Shown here piece after piece: positions 1-9,111 of a stretch of DNA of 59,794 nt. The translations under genes were made by a program, and so were the position numbers. The stretch comes from a virus (lineage: Duplodnaviria; Caudoviricetes), in the IMG/VR virus record IMGVR_UViG_3300013131_004046, positions 1 to 59,794 of that record, one strand, 5' to 3'. Positions within the stretch are counted from its first letter, which is position 1, and each line of letters opens with the position of its first letter. The notes below the pieces were generated by a model. It had not been told where the DNA came from, searched no databases, and saw nothing but the letters and a program-made list of their open reading frames with translations.

Positions 1-18
1 AGCCACCGGTAAAATATT

Positions 19-41
19 AGGGACAATTAGTCCCTTTTTTT
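19..41 (+). terminator. Intrinsic terminator-like hairpin (AGGGAC-AATTA-GTCCCT followed by a T-run)
   Basis: Inverted repeat followed by T7, probably ending a + strand gene upstream of the window. Confidence 0.55.
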
Positions 42-88
42 GTGCTTAAAAAAAAATCACAACTAAACACTAAATAAATTTAACGCAT

Positions 89-120
89 AAAAAAATCCCA
101 CCATAATTAAATGATGGGAT
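89..120 (-). terminator. Probable terminator downstream of the tmRNA
   Basis: ATCCCA(C)CAT...ATG(A)TGGGAT imperfect hairpin with an A-run on the + strand (U-run on the - strand), a few nt past the tmRNA CCA end. Confidence 0.55.
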
Positions 121-124
121 CAAT

Positions 125-543
125 TGGTGGACCTAGAGGGCTCCGACTCCCTCGTCCGGATCGTTTTGTCAAAAAGACAACTACATGTTTAGGTTAAGAT
201 TTTTCATATCTTCCAAAATATTTGGTTCCTATTTTGACATTGTTACCAAAAACTGTGTCGAGTTCACTTTTGTTACGGTAGCCCTCTGAACGAGACCGTT
301 GTTTTCTTTTAGAGTGAAAACCAACTCATCTACGACTTCTGTTACTAGGTATCTGTCTGATCGACCCTCCGTTTCCGTAAACCTATTAGGCTACAGTAAC
401 TTCAGAACCTCTTAGTAAACCAAGAGTTTCCATTTTGTTTAGCACATTGCCAATTGTTGTTCGAATCAGTTTTTAACGAGTTTAATTCAGACCCGACATG
501 CTCCTTTAATCCAACCAACGCCCGTCAAATCCAATATAGGCCC
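125..543 (-). ncRNA. ssrA: tmRNA (SsrA), about 419 nt
   Basis: The minus strand starts GGGCCTATATTGGATTTGAC and ends TAGGTCCACCA. The acceptor stem GGGCCUA/UAGGUCC has a G3.U wobble, an A discriminator and an encoded CCA. T-stem GAGGG/CCCUC. Internal tag ORF ends in TAA TAG. Confidence 0.93.
383..451 (-). other. tmRNA tag reading frame, (A)GNVLNKMETLGLLRGSEVTVA**
   Basis: Resume codon GGC follows ACAATT after the first pseudoknot region; 21 codons, then tandem stops. The resume position is inferred. Confidence 0.75.
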
Positions 544-577
544 ATATATCTTAAATGACTATTTTCAAAGAACTTAA

Positions 578-604
578 TATAAATACAAATATAAAAATAT
601 TTAT
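578..604. promoter_or_regulatory. Divergent promoter region: minus-strand TATATTTG (Bacteroidota -7-like) and TATTTAT for the tmRNA; plus-strand TATTTAT for ORF 610
   Basis: CAAATATA at 586-593, ATAAATA at 579-585, TATTTAT at 598-604. Confidence 0.5.
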
Positions 605-609
605 TTGAT

Positions 610-1632
610 ATGCCAAGTGAAACTTTTGAATATCTTAAGGATTTTTATAAAAATGATGCACATTTTTCACTCATCAATAACCCTGATCCCAATATTGATT
701 ATATAAGAAAAAAAGGGAAAAATGTACTCCAATCTGAGGTCTATTTGGTTTTTGATAATACCGAGTTTTTAAATATTTTGGGTGTTACTGATGAAGAAGA
801 TCAATGGTATTATTCAAGATTTATGGATAATTATTCTTATTATGATATTGATTATTATAGATATGAAGAAGATTTTCGAGAAGGTTATATAATTGATGGG
901 TCAAATGATGAGAATAAAAGAATTTTTGACAAAATTAAAAAATACATCCAAACCGATCAAAATGTGTATCAATTTTTAGAAATGAAATATAGTAGGGAAG
1001 TTGATAATATTATTGAATCGTATGCAAGAGAATCCACCGAATGTATTCATAGAGAAGTTCGACGAATTATGGAATCGGAAACAAAAAATCCATTCAGAAA
1101 TTTTGGAATTATTGAGGTCTATCATGGTTATAAATTTAAAACAACTTTGGGTCACTTGTTCAGATTATATAAAACTGTTGGTGATTATGACTTTGGTATA
1201 TATGGTTTGATGGTATCTTTGGTGGAAAAATTTATGTCAAACTTTGACGTAGGTAATTGGTCAGAATTAGAATATAATGTTTGGTGTGGTGATTATAATC
1301 ATGATGGTGTAAATTCTGAAATTAAAGAAAACCTTGAAAAGATTTTGGAAGATCTAACAGAAAACGTATCACCTGAATATGATGATTTATTAAATTATGT
1401 CTTAGGTCATGGTGGGTTTGGAAGAACTATACAAACTTCAGTTCCAAACCGAAATGTTATTTTTGATAAAATGATAAATGATGAAAACCCAAGATTAGTT
1501 CTTAGAGTTCTTAAAAATAATGGACTATCAAGTGAAAGAAGAAGTGTTAAAAATTTAGAAGAATTATATTTAATTCTAAATCAACCTGAATTATTCGAGA
1601 GTATAAAAAAAACATTGAGAAAACTTTTGTAA
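610..1632 (+). CDS. Hypothetical protein (340 aa, acidic), C-terminal LFESIKKTLRKLL motif
   Basis: Long ORF with a TATTTAT motif 5 nt upstream; no recognisable domain. Confidence 0.75.
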   Translation: MPSETFEYLKDFYKNDAHFSLINNPDPNIDYIRKKGKNVLQSEVYLVFDNTEFLNILGVTDEEDQWYYSRFMDNYSYYDIDYYRYEEDFREGYIIDGSNDENKRIFDKIKKYIQTDQNVYQFLEMKYSREVDNIIESYARESTECIHREVRRIMESETKNPFRNFGIIEVYHGYKFKTTLGHLFRLYKTVGDYDFGIYGLMVSLVEKFMSNFDVGNWSELEYNVWCGDYNHDGVNSEIKENLEKILEDLTENVSPEYDDLLNYVLGHGGFGRTIQTSVPNRNVIFDKMINDENPRLVLRVLKNNGLSSERRSVKNLEELYLILNQPELFESIKKTLRKLL

Positions 1633-1656
1633 ATTAGTAAAAGTTTATTATCTTTG
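1626..1656 (+). promoter_or_regulatory. Bacteroidota-type housekeeping promoter (-33 TTTG, 19-nt spacer, -7 TATCTTTG)
   Basis: TTTG at 1626-1629 and TATCTTTG at 1649-1656 match the TTTG-N19-21-TAnnTTTG consensus; ATG follows 5 nt later. Confidence 0.6.
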
Positions 1657-1661
1657 TTAAT

Positions 1662-2447
1662 ATGGAAAGAAATCTAAATTTTTTAAAAGAAGTATTATCA
1701 ATCCCTTCTAAAACTTATAAAGAAGAAATTTTAGTACAATTTATTGTTGATTGGTTAACTGAAAATAAAATTCCTTTTTTTGTTGATGACATGTATAATG
1801 TTTATGCAACAAAAAAAACTGATGAATCTGTTTCTTATTTTCCTTGTGTCATAAGTCACACAGATACAGTTCACGAAATTGATACAATAAACGTTGTGGA
1901 GGAAACTTTACCAAATGCTCAGGGTGAACTAAAATTAGCCCTTAAAGCATATAATAACGATGGTAACCCAACAGGTATTGGGGGTGACGATAAATGTGGG
2001 GTTTTTGCTTGTTTGGAATTACTCAAGGAATTACCAAATTTAAAGGCCGCATTTTTTGTATCTGAAGAAGTAGGTTGTATTGGGTCGTTTCAAGCGGACC
2101 ATAAATTTTTCTCGAATGTCGGTTATTGCATTCAATTCGATTGTCCCGAAAACAACATGATTTCAGAGTATCTGATGGGGTTGCCAATGTTCACCAGAGA
2201 TTCAGAGTTTTTCGAAGTGGGTTCTAAACTTATAACAGAAAGTTTTCCAAAAGATTTGAAGTATCAAAAACACCCGTACACAGACATTTTTCCTTTGAGA
2301 AAAAATTTCAATTTATCTTGTTATAATGTTTCTATTGGTTATTATCAATATCACACAAAAAACGAGTATGTTGTTGTTGAAGACACTTTTAACGGAATAG
2401 AATTGGGAAAAAAATTAATCAATCAGTTGGGATATAAAAAGTATTAA
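1662..2447 (+). CDS. M20/M28/M42-family zinc metallopeptidase-like protein
   Basis: SHTDTV, GGDDKCG, SEEVGCIGS and a C-terminal YH metal-ligand motif. Confidence 0.8.
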   Translation: MERNLNFLKEVLSIPSKTYKEEILVQFIVDWLTENKIPFFVDDMYNVYATKKTDESVSYFPCVISHTDTVHEIDTINVVEETLPNAQGELKLALKAYNNDGNPTGIGGDDKCGVFACLELLKELPNLKAAFFVSEEVGCIGSFQADHKFFSNVGYCIQFDCPENNMISEYLMGLPMFTRDSEFFEVGSKLITESFPKDLKYQKHPYTDIFPLRKNFNLSCYNVSIGYYQYHTKNEYVVVEDTFNGIELGKKLINQLGYKKY

Positions 2448-2472
2448 AAAAGGGGTTTTAAACCCCTTTTTT
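2446..2472. terminator. Bidirectional intrinsic terminator between the convergent peptidase and clpC genes
   Basis: AAAAAAGGGGTTT-TA-AACCCCTTTTTT, with A- and T-runs on both sides. Confidence 0.7.
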
Positions 2473-4485
2473 TCTTTTTTTTTCTTTTTTTTCTTTGATC
2501 TTGATTTGATCTTCTTCAACGTATAAATTATAACCAACATTTTCGATAACCTCATCAGTTAAAATTTTCTCAGAAATTAAATCTTCAATTTTATCTTGGA
2601 TCGCTCTTTTAATTGGTCTGGCTCCAAAAGTTTCATCAAAGCCAACTTTAGAAATCAAATTAACAACTGAGTCATCATAAGTAAAATTATAATTTTTTTG
2701 TTTAACTCTTTGAAGTAGAATGTCAATTTCTAATTTAGTAATTTTATCAATGTGTTCTTTTTGTAAACTGTTAAAAAACACAACGTCATCAATACGGTTC
2801 AAGAATTCAGGAGCAAAAAACTTATTCAGCTCTTTTTTCAAAACATCTCGTCTGTATTCCTCTTTAACGGCATCACTTGAATTACTTTTAAAACCAACGC
2901 CAGTCCCAAAATCCTGTAATTTTTTAACCCCAATATTAGAAGTCATAATTATCAAACAATTTTTAAAATTAATTTTTCTCCCCAATGAGTCAGTTATATG
3001 ACCATCATCCAACATTTGAAGTAGCGTTGAAAAGATATCTTTATTTGCCTTTTCAATCTCATCAAATAACACAACGGAATATGGTTTATTTTTTACTTGT
3101 TCTGTTAATTGACCTCCTTCGTCATGACCAACATAACCTGGAGGAGATCCGATTAATCGAGAAATTGTGTGTTTTTCTTGGTATTCACTCATATCAACTC
3201 TAATCAAACTATCCTCACTACCAAATATTTCTTTTGCCAACTGTTTTGCCAAAAAGGTTTTTCCAACACCAGTCGAACCCAAAAATATAAAAGATCCAAT
3301 TGGTTTGTTTGGGTCTTTAATTCCTATACGATTTCTTCTAATTGCTTTTGCAATTTTTAAAACCGCATTTTCTTGTCCAATTACTTTATTATTCAAGTTA
3401 TCTGATAAGTTAATTAAAGAATTTTTTTCGTCTAAGTTTATCTTTGAGACAGGTATCTTTGTCATATTTGATACCACTTCATATACTAATTCTTCAGGAA
3501 TTTCTCGTTTACTTGTTTTTAGGAATTCCTCAAACTTTTTCTTTTCATCTTCCAATTTTGACAAAACCCCACGCTCGCGGTCTCTGAGTTCTGCGGCTTG
3601 TTCATAATTTTGTCTTTTAATAACTTCCATTTTTTCTTTTTTAATTTCTTGGGCCTCAAGTTTCAAATTCTCAATTACTTCAGGTAATTTAATGTCAATT
3701 TGCATTCTTGACCCAACCTCATCTAAGATATCAAATGCTTTATCAGGAAATTCTCTGTCAGTTATATACCTGTCTGCTAACTCCACAAACAATTTTAAAG
3801 TGTTTTCATCGTAAAAAACCTTGTGATGGTTTTCATATTTTTCTTTACTTTGTTTCAATATTTCTAAAGTTTCTTCTTTTGATGAAGGATCTACAATAAT
3901 TTTTTGAAACCTCCTTTCTAAAGCCCCGTCTTTTTCAAAACTCTTTCTATATTCATCCAAGGTTGTTGCCCCAATACATTGTATCTCTCCTCTTGAAAGT
4001 GCTGGTTTGAAAATGTTTGAAGCGTCCAATGAACCTGAAGTATTTCCCGCCCCTACCATGTTATGAATTTCATCTATAAAAATAATAATGTTAGGGGATG
4101 CGGTAATCTCCTCAATTATTACTTTCATACGCTCTTCAAACTGACCTCTGTATTTAGTACCTGCAACCAAAGAATTGATATCTAAAGAAACAATCCTTTT
4201 ATCTAATAAATTTTTTGGACAATCACCATTGTTAATCATTATTGCTAAACCCTCAACAATAGCCGTTTTACCGGCACCTGGCTCACCAATTATTATAGGG
4301 TTGTTTTTTTTTCTTCTAGATAAAATTTGAGCTATCCTATAAATTTCTTTTTTTCTTCCAATTACAGAATCCAATTTACCTTGTTCTGCAAGTTTATTTA
4401 AATCTTTACTAAAATTGTCTAAGACAGGTGTTCCACTGTCAGTTTTCTTTTTATTTTTTTCGCTATCGTCTAAGGATTCTATCAT
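2458..4485 (-). CDS. clpC: ClpC/ClpA-type AAA+ unfoldase lacking the N-terminal domain
   Basis: Two AAA modules (GEPGAGKT, KYRGQFEER, IFIDEIH; GSTGVGKT, GYVG, LFDEIEK), a UVR-like M-domain (YEQAAELRD) and a ClpP-docking loop VGF. Confidence 0.92.
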   Translation of the reverse strand: MIESLDDSEKNKKKTDSGTPVLDNFSKDLNKLAEQGKLDSVIGRKKEIYRIAQILSRRKKNNPIIIGEPGAGKTAIVEGLAIMINNGDCPKNLLDKRIVSLDINSLVAGTKYRGQFEERMKVIIEEITASPNIIIFIDEIHNMVGAGNTSGSLDASNIFKPALSRGEIQCIGATTLDEYRKSFEKDGALERRFQKIIVDPSSKEETLEILKQSKEKYENHHKVFYDENTLKLFVELADRYITDREFPDKAFDILDEVGSRMQIDIKLPEVIENLKLEAQEIKKEKMEVIKRQNYEQAAELRDRERGVLSKLEDEKKKFEEFLKTSKREIPEELVYEVVSNMTKIPVSKINLDEKNSLINLSDNLNNKVIGQENAVLKIAKAIRRNRIGIKDPNKPIGSFIFLGSTGVGKTFLAKQLAKEIFGSEDSLIRVDMSEYQEKHTISRLIGSPPGYVGHDEGGQLTEQVKNKPYSVVLFDEIEKANKDIFSTLLQMLDDGHITDSLGRKINFKNCLIIMTSNIGVKKLQDFGTGVGFKSNSSDAVKEEYRRDVLKKELNKFFAPEFLNRIDDVVFFNSLQKEHIDKITKLEIDILLQRVKQKNYNFTYDDSVVNLISKVGFDETFGARPIKRAIQDKIEDLISEKILTDEVIENVGYNLYVEEDQIKIKEKKEKKRKKGV

Positions 4486-4532
4486 TTGTTTTTTTTATTA
4501 ATGGTAAAAAAAGATTTCAAAAAAGTCCATAA

Positions 4533-4616
4533 TTGACATTATGTCAAAACTTAAAGTTTACAAACTGACAAAATGTCAGTATTTTTCATTTGGCATATTT
4601 TTCGGGTAATTTGGCA
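4533..4616. promoter_or_regulatory. Operator-like palindromes TGACA-N3-TGTCA (x2) and TTGGCA (x2) in the divergent clpC/dnaK intergenic region
   Basis: TTGACATTATGTCAA at 4533-4547, ACTGACAAAATGTCAGT at 4564-4580, TTGGCA at 4590 and 4611. Confidence 0.6.
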
Positions 4617-4751
4617 CAAAATAAACTTTATTAAATTAATTAAATATGTTAAATTAAATCGAATTAATAGTTTTTAATAGAATAGATAACAAAACTATGA
4701 TTCAAAATAATCAAAAATTAATAATAAACTAAACAAAAATAAAAAACAAAA

Positions 4752-6608
4752 ATGGGAAAAATAATTGGAATTGATTTAGGAACTACTAACTCGTGTGTTG
4801 CGGTAATGGAAGGTAAGGAACCTGTGGTAATTGCTAACAGTGAAGGTAAAAGAACTACACCTTCTATAGTTGGTTTTATAAAAGATGGTGAAAGAAAAAT
4901 TGGCGATCCCGCAAAAAGACAAGCGGTAACCAATCCAGATAAAACTGTATATTCGATCAAAAGATTTATGGGTAGTTCATTCGATGAAATTAAAAATGAA
5001 ACGGGAAAAGTCCCTTATAAAGTAGTCAAAGAAAAAAATTCACCAAGAGTGAAAATTGATGAAAGAACATACTCTCCACAAGAAATTTCTGCGGCAATTC
5101 TCCAAAAAATGAAACAAACGGCTGAGGACTATTTAGGTCAGTCAGTTACTGAAGCGGTGATCACAGTACCTGCTTACTTCAACGACGCCCAAAGACAGGC
5201 AACTAAAGAGGCGGGTGAAATTGCTGGTCTATCAGTTAAAAGAATTATCAATGAACCAACTGCCGCGGCATTGGCATATGGTTTAGATAAAATGTCAAAA
5301 GATATGAAAATTGTTGTGTTTGACTGTGGTGGTGGTACTCATGATGTTTCTGTCTTAGAACTTGGTGATGGTGTATTTGAAGTTTTATCTACCGATGGAG
5401 ATACTCATTTAGGGGGTGATGATTTTGACCAAGCTTTGATCGACTACTTAATATCGGAGTTCAAAAGAGAAAATGGTATGGATATATCTAAAGACCCAAT
5501 GGCACTTCAGAGATTACGTGAAGCGGCAGAAAAGGCTAAAATTGAGTTGTCATCTTCACCTCAAACAGAAATTAACTTACCTTATGTGACTGCGGATGCC
5601 ACAGGCCCTAAACACCTTGTAATGACAATTACTAAATCTAAATTTGATCAGTTGACACAATCTTTGGTTGATAGGACAATTAAACCATGTGAATCGGCAC
5701 TTAAAAATGCAGGATTAAAACCAAGTGATATCGATGAAATTATTTTAGTTGGTGGATCTACACGCATCCCCTCTATTCAAGAAGCTGTTAAAAAGTTCTT
5801 CGGTAAAGAACCATCAAAAGGTGTAAACCCTGATGAGGTTGTTGCTTTGGGTGCCGCAATACAAGGTGGTGTTTTAGCTGGTGATGTGACTGATGTTTTA
5901 TTATTAGATGTAACACCACTTTCATTGGGTATTGAAACTATGGGTGGTGTATTCACTAAACTTATAGACGCAAACACAACAATACCAACAAAAAAATCAG
6001 AAACATTTTCTACAGCGTCTGATAACCAACCATCAGTAGAGATTCATGTCTTACAGGGTGAAAGACCAATGTCAAAAGACAATAGAACTATTGGTAGATT
6101 TCATTTGGAAGGTTTACCTCCCGCTCGAAGAGGAGTTCCTCAAATTGAGGTAATTTTTGATATTGATGCAAATGGAATAATAAATGTGTCTGCGGTTGAT
6201 AAAGCTACAAATAAACAACAATCAATAAGAATTGAATCTTCTTCAGGTTTATCAAAAGAAGAAGTTGAGAGAATGAGACAAGAAGCTGAAATGAATGCAG
6301 AAACCGATAAAAAATTGAGGGAGGATGCCGACACTTTAAATTCTGCAGATTCTTTAATTTTCCAAGTCGAAAAAAGTTTGGTAGATTTAGAAGGAAAAAT
6401 AAGCGATTCTGAAAAATCAGACATTGTGTCAAAAGTAGAAAATTTAAAATCTAACTACCAAAAAAGAGACATCTCAGAAGTCAAAAAAAGTATTGATGAA
6501 GTTAATGCCAAATTCCAAGAGATCAGTCAAAAACTATACGAATCAACTATGAATCAAGAAGTGAGTGATGAAGATTTCTCAAATGTTGATTTTGAAGAAG
6601 TAAAATAA
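4752..6608 (+). CDS. dnaK: Chaperone DnaK (Hsp70)
   Basis: [35 protein letters not shown]-like, VGGSTRIP and linker [16 protein letters not shown]. Confidence 0.98.
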   Translation: MGKIIGIDLGTTNSCVAVMEGKEPVVIANSEGKRTTPSIVGFIKDGERKIGDPAKRQAVTNPDKTVYSIKRFMGSSFDEIKNETGKVPYKVVKEKNSPRVKIDERTYSPQEISAAILQKMKQTAEDYLGQSVTEAVITVPAYFNDAQRQATKEAGEIAGLSVKRIINEPTAAALAYGLDKMSKDMKIVVFDCGGGTHDVSVLELGDGVFEVLSTDGDTHLGGDDFDQALIDYLISEFKRENGMDISKDPMALQRLREAAEKAKIELSSSPQTEINLPYVTADATGPKHLVMTITKSKFDQLTQSLVDRTIKPCESALKNAGLKPSDIDEIILVGGSTRIPSIQEAVKKFFGKEPSKGVNPDEVVALGAAIQGGVLAGDVTDVLLLDVTPLSLGIETMGGVFTKLIDANTTIPTKKSETFSTASDNQPSVEIHVLQGERPMSKDNRTIGRFHLEGLPPARRGVPQIEVIFDIDANGIINVSAVDKATNKQQSIRIESSSGLSKEEVERMRQEAEMNAETDKKLREDADTLNSADSLIFQVEKSLVDLEGKISDSEKSDIVSKVENLKSNYQKRDISEVKKSIDEVNAKFQEISQKLYESTMNQEVSDEDFSNVDFEEVK

Positions 6609-6628
6609 AATACACTTAAGTTATTTTG

Positions 6629-6659
6629 AAAAATCCACCACTTGGTGGATTTTTTTTTT
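6629..6659 (+). terminator. Intrinsic terminator after dnaK
   Basis: AAAAATCCACC-ACTT-GGTGGATTTTTTTTTT. Confidence 0.8.
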
Positions 6660-6687
6660 ACAATATTTATTATTAAAATAAAAAAAT

Positions 6688-6930
6688 ATGTCAATTACAA
6701 GAGAAGAAATTTTAGGTACCAAAATTCTAAATGAAATAGAATCGTCTAACTTAGTAAGAACAGAATATGATACTCTATCGAAAAAAATGATTGCGGAGTT
6801 TAAAAACGGAACAAGATACGAATATGAAAATGTTCCTCACGAAAAATATACCCAATTTAGATTATCAGAATCTCAAGGTAACTTTTTTAATAAAAACATT
6901 TCAAAAAGTTATAAATACAAGAAACTTTAA
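6688..6930 (+). CDS. KTSC domain protein
   Basis: SSNL...YD......EFKNG..YEYENVP...Y..F..SESQGNFFNKNI matches the KTSC signature. Confidence 0.88.
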   Translation: MSITREEILGTKILNEIESSNLVRTEYDTLSKKMIAEFKNGTRYEYENVPHEKYTQFRLSESQGNFFNKNISKSYKYKKL

Positions 6931-6950
6931 TTATTTAAGTATTTATTATT

Positions 6951-7715
6951 ATGAGTACTGAAAAAGTTTTAAAGAGTTTTGAAAGCCAAGAAGACCTCAA
7001 CCCTAAAATTTGGTTTCTACCAAAAGAAGAGTATATGGGCGATACAAATGGTCAGGAATATAAAATGAGGCCTGAAGTTAGAGAAAGATTACTCACAATT
7101 GCTGAAATGTTTTTTGATTTTTTGAATATTGATGTAATCGTTTCTGATATTATCATGATAGGATCTTTAACTAATTATAATTGGTCGGAATATTCAGACG
7201 TTGATTTACATTTAGTCGTCGATTATTCTCAGTTTGATAAAAAATCAAAAGAATTATTTATAGAATTTTTTGATCTAAAAAAAATTATTTTTAACATGAG
7301 ACACAACATAACTTTATTTGGTTTTGATGTTGAGTGTTTTGTTCAGGATGAGAAAGAAACCACATTCAGTAGCGGCATTTATTCGGTAATAAATGATGAA
7401 TGGATAAATGTCCCCAAAAAAGAAAAAAATGAAAAATTGGACATCTCTTTAATTAAAGAAAAATCAAAACAATGGATGAGAATTATAGATGGTGTTGTTG
7501 AAAACATAAAAGACGAGGATCCTGAAACTATTAAAAAAATCATTAAAAAATATAAAGAAAAATTAAAAAAGTTTAGGAACTGTGGATTACAGAAAGGTGG
7601 CGAAATGTCCACAGAAAATTTAGTTTTCAAACTACTTAGAAGAAACGGATATATAGAAAAACTATTTGAATTACCAACAGAACTCATAGACAAAAAATTG
7701 TCTATGACACAATAA
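6951..7715 (+). CDS. Pol-beta superfamily nucleotidyltransferase
   Basis: IGS...NYNW...SDVDLH (GS + DxD) and a downstream VE acidic residue; C-terminal GGEMSTENLVFKLLRR. Confidence 0.75.
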   Translation: MSTEKVLKSFESQEDLNPKIWFLPKEEYMGDTNGQEYKMRPEVRERLLTIAEMFFDFLNIDVIVSDIIMIGSLTNYNWSEYSDVDLHLVVDYSQFDKKSKELFIEFFDLKKIIFNMRHNITLFGFDVECFVQDEKETTFSSGIYSVINDEWINVPKKEKNEKLDISLIKEKSKQWMRIIDGVVENIKDEDPETIKKIIKKYKEKLKKFRNCGLQKGGEMSTENLVFKLLRRNGYIEKLFELPTELIDKKLSMTQ

Positions 7716-7788
7716 ACACATATTTTAAAAATATTCTAACAAATAGATATATTTATAGAATAAAAATAATTTATTTAAAAATAAAAAA

Positions 7789-9111
7789 ATGGGAGGATTA
7801 AAACCTATAGGAAGCGAAAAACTTCACGGAAACGAAAAGTTACAACGAATTATGGAAATTGCTAACTACAAATTTGCAACTTCAGTAAAGTCAGACGATA
7901 ATACATCGACAGAATACAGATTAAAATTGGCTGATGGAAATTCTTACGAAATTGTTAGAGAAAAACAAGGATATATAATTAAAAAAAATATCACAGAAAA
8001 TGTTTCTGACTATATCGAACCAATGAAAAATCGTAGATATTTCAATTCATATTCACAGGCTTTGAAAAAAATAAATTTAATGTCAAAAGAAATGAATGAA
8101 CTTTACGGTAATTCAAACGGACTTGAGTTATTTGGTGAGGCAAAGTCATTTAAATTGAAAGTTCCTAAACCTAAAGCGGATTTAGAAACCCCTCCCGCAG
8201 CACCTACTTTACCTCCGCCATCACAAACCACACCTGCACCAGCACCATCAGAACCAATGCCATCTCCAGCACCAAGTGCTGACGCATCATCGACTCCTCC
8301 TCCGAGCCCAACAGGAGATTCACCTATGGGGGGATCTATGGGTACAGAAAATACTGGAGGATCTTCAGATTCAGAAGAACCTATGGACGACGTTCCAATG
8401 GACGATGAAGAAAATGATGATATAGAAGAACCTACAGATGATGAAGAAACAGATGGGAAGGACCCATTCAGAATGATTCAGAAATTAGTAGGTAAGTTGA
8501 CACAAAAAATACGTAAATTTCCTAAGGATGAGGAAATGACTGCAGAAAATGTTAAATATATTATTAATTCTATTCTTTCGGCATTGGATTTAACATTATT
8601 AGATGAAGATGATGTCGAGGAAATCATGACAAAATTTGAAAATGAAGAAGAAGGTGATGAAGAAGATTTACCTGATCAAGAAGGTAATATAGAAGATGAG
8701 GGACCTGTAGAAGATGAAGACATGAAAGAACCTGAAGGTGAAATGACAGAATACAGTTACAGAAATAGATTTAGAAAACGAATTGGAGGAGGTTTAGATA
8801 ATACAGAAAATGAAATGTTTGGAGAATCTTTAGTGGACGCAATAATTTCTAGTTATTTTAACCCTGAAAACGAGAAAATAATGAATGAAGAAAAAAGGTT
8901 TGAAAGAAAAAAAATAATCAGAGAAAATTACAAGGTTAATAAATTAGAAGTTGAAAGGTTGTCTGAAAGCACTTCACAAATGAGAAAAGCTTTGGAATTT
9001 ATAAAATCATATCCACAAGCAGAAGTATTGGGAACGACCAACAAAAAAAATATGGTAATAAAATTAGGTAATGACCAGTATAAAATAACACCTAACGGTA
9101 AATTTTTATAG
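7789..9111 (+). CDS. Hypothetical protein with Pro-rich and acidic low-complexity regions (putative head/internal protein)
   Basis: 440-aa ORF upstream of the terminase, preceded by TATTTAT. Confidence 0.75.
   Translation: MGGLKPIGSEKLHGNEKLQRIMEIANYKFATSVKSDDNTSTEYRLKLADGNSYEIVREKQGYIIKKNITENVSDYIEPMKNRRYFNSYSQALKKINLMSKEMNELYGNSNGLELFGEAKSFKLKVPKPKADLETPPAAPTLPPPSQTTPAPAPSEPMPSPAPSADASSTPPPSPTGDSPMGGSMGTENTGGSSDSEEPMDDVPMDDEENDDIEEPTDDEETDGKDPFRMIQKLVGKLTQKIRKFPKDEEMTAENVKYIINSILSALDLTLLDEDDVEEIMTKFENEEEGDEEDLPDQEGNIEDEGPVEDEDMKEPEGEMTEYSYRNRFRKRIGGGLDNTENEMFGESLVDAIISSYFNPENEKIMNEEKRFERKKIIRENYKVNKLEVERLSESTSQMRKALEFIKSYPQAEVLGTTNKKNMVIKLGNDQYKITPNGKFL

Noticed and set aside
125-160. tRNA gene (CCA end and T-arm)
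   Set aside because: It is the 3' tRNA-like half of the tmRNA; there is no anticodon arm, and the pairing 5' strand lies about 400 nt away
4533-4580. CIRCE/HrcA operator upstream of dnaK
   Set aside because: The sequence does not match TTAGCACTC-N9-GAGTGCTAA; reported instead as a different palindrome
2720-6432. Short ORFs antisense to clpC and dnaK (and similar ones within the portal, capsid, scaffold and GT genes)
   Set aside because: They overlap well-supported genes on the opposite strand or frame and have no motifs or start context
2458-6608. Bacterial chromosome or prophage-flank origin for clpC, dnaK and ssrA
   Set aside because: No grpE, dnaJ or smpB context, ClpC is truncated, and the same TATTTAT motif and composition continue into the head genes with no integrase or att boundary visible
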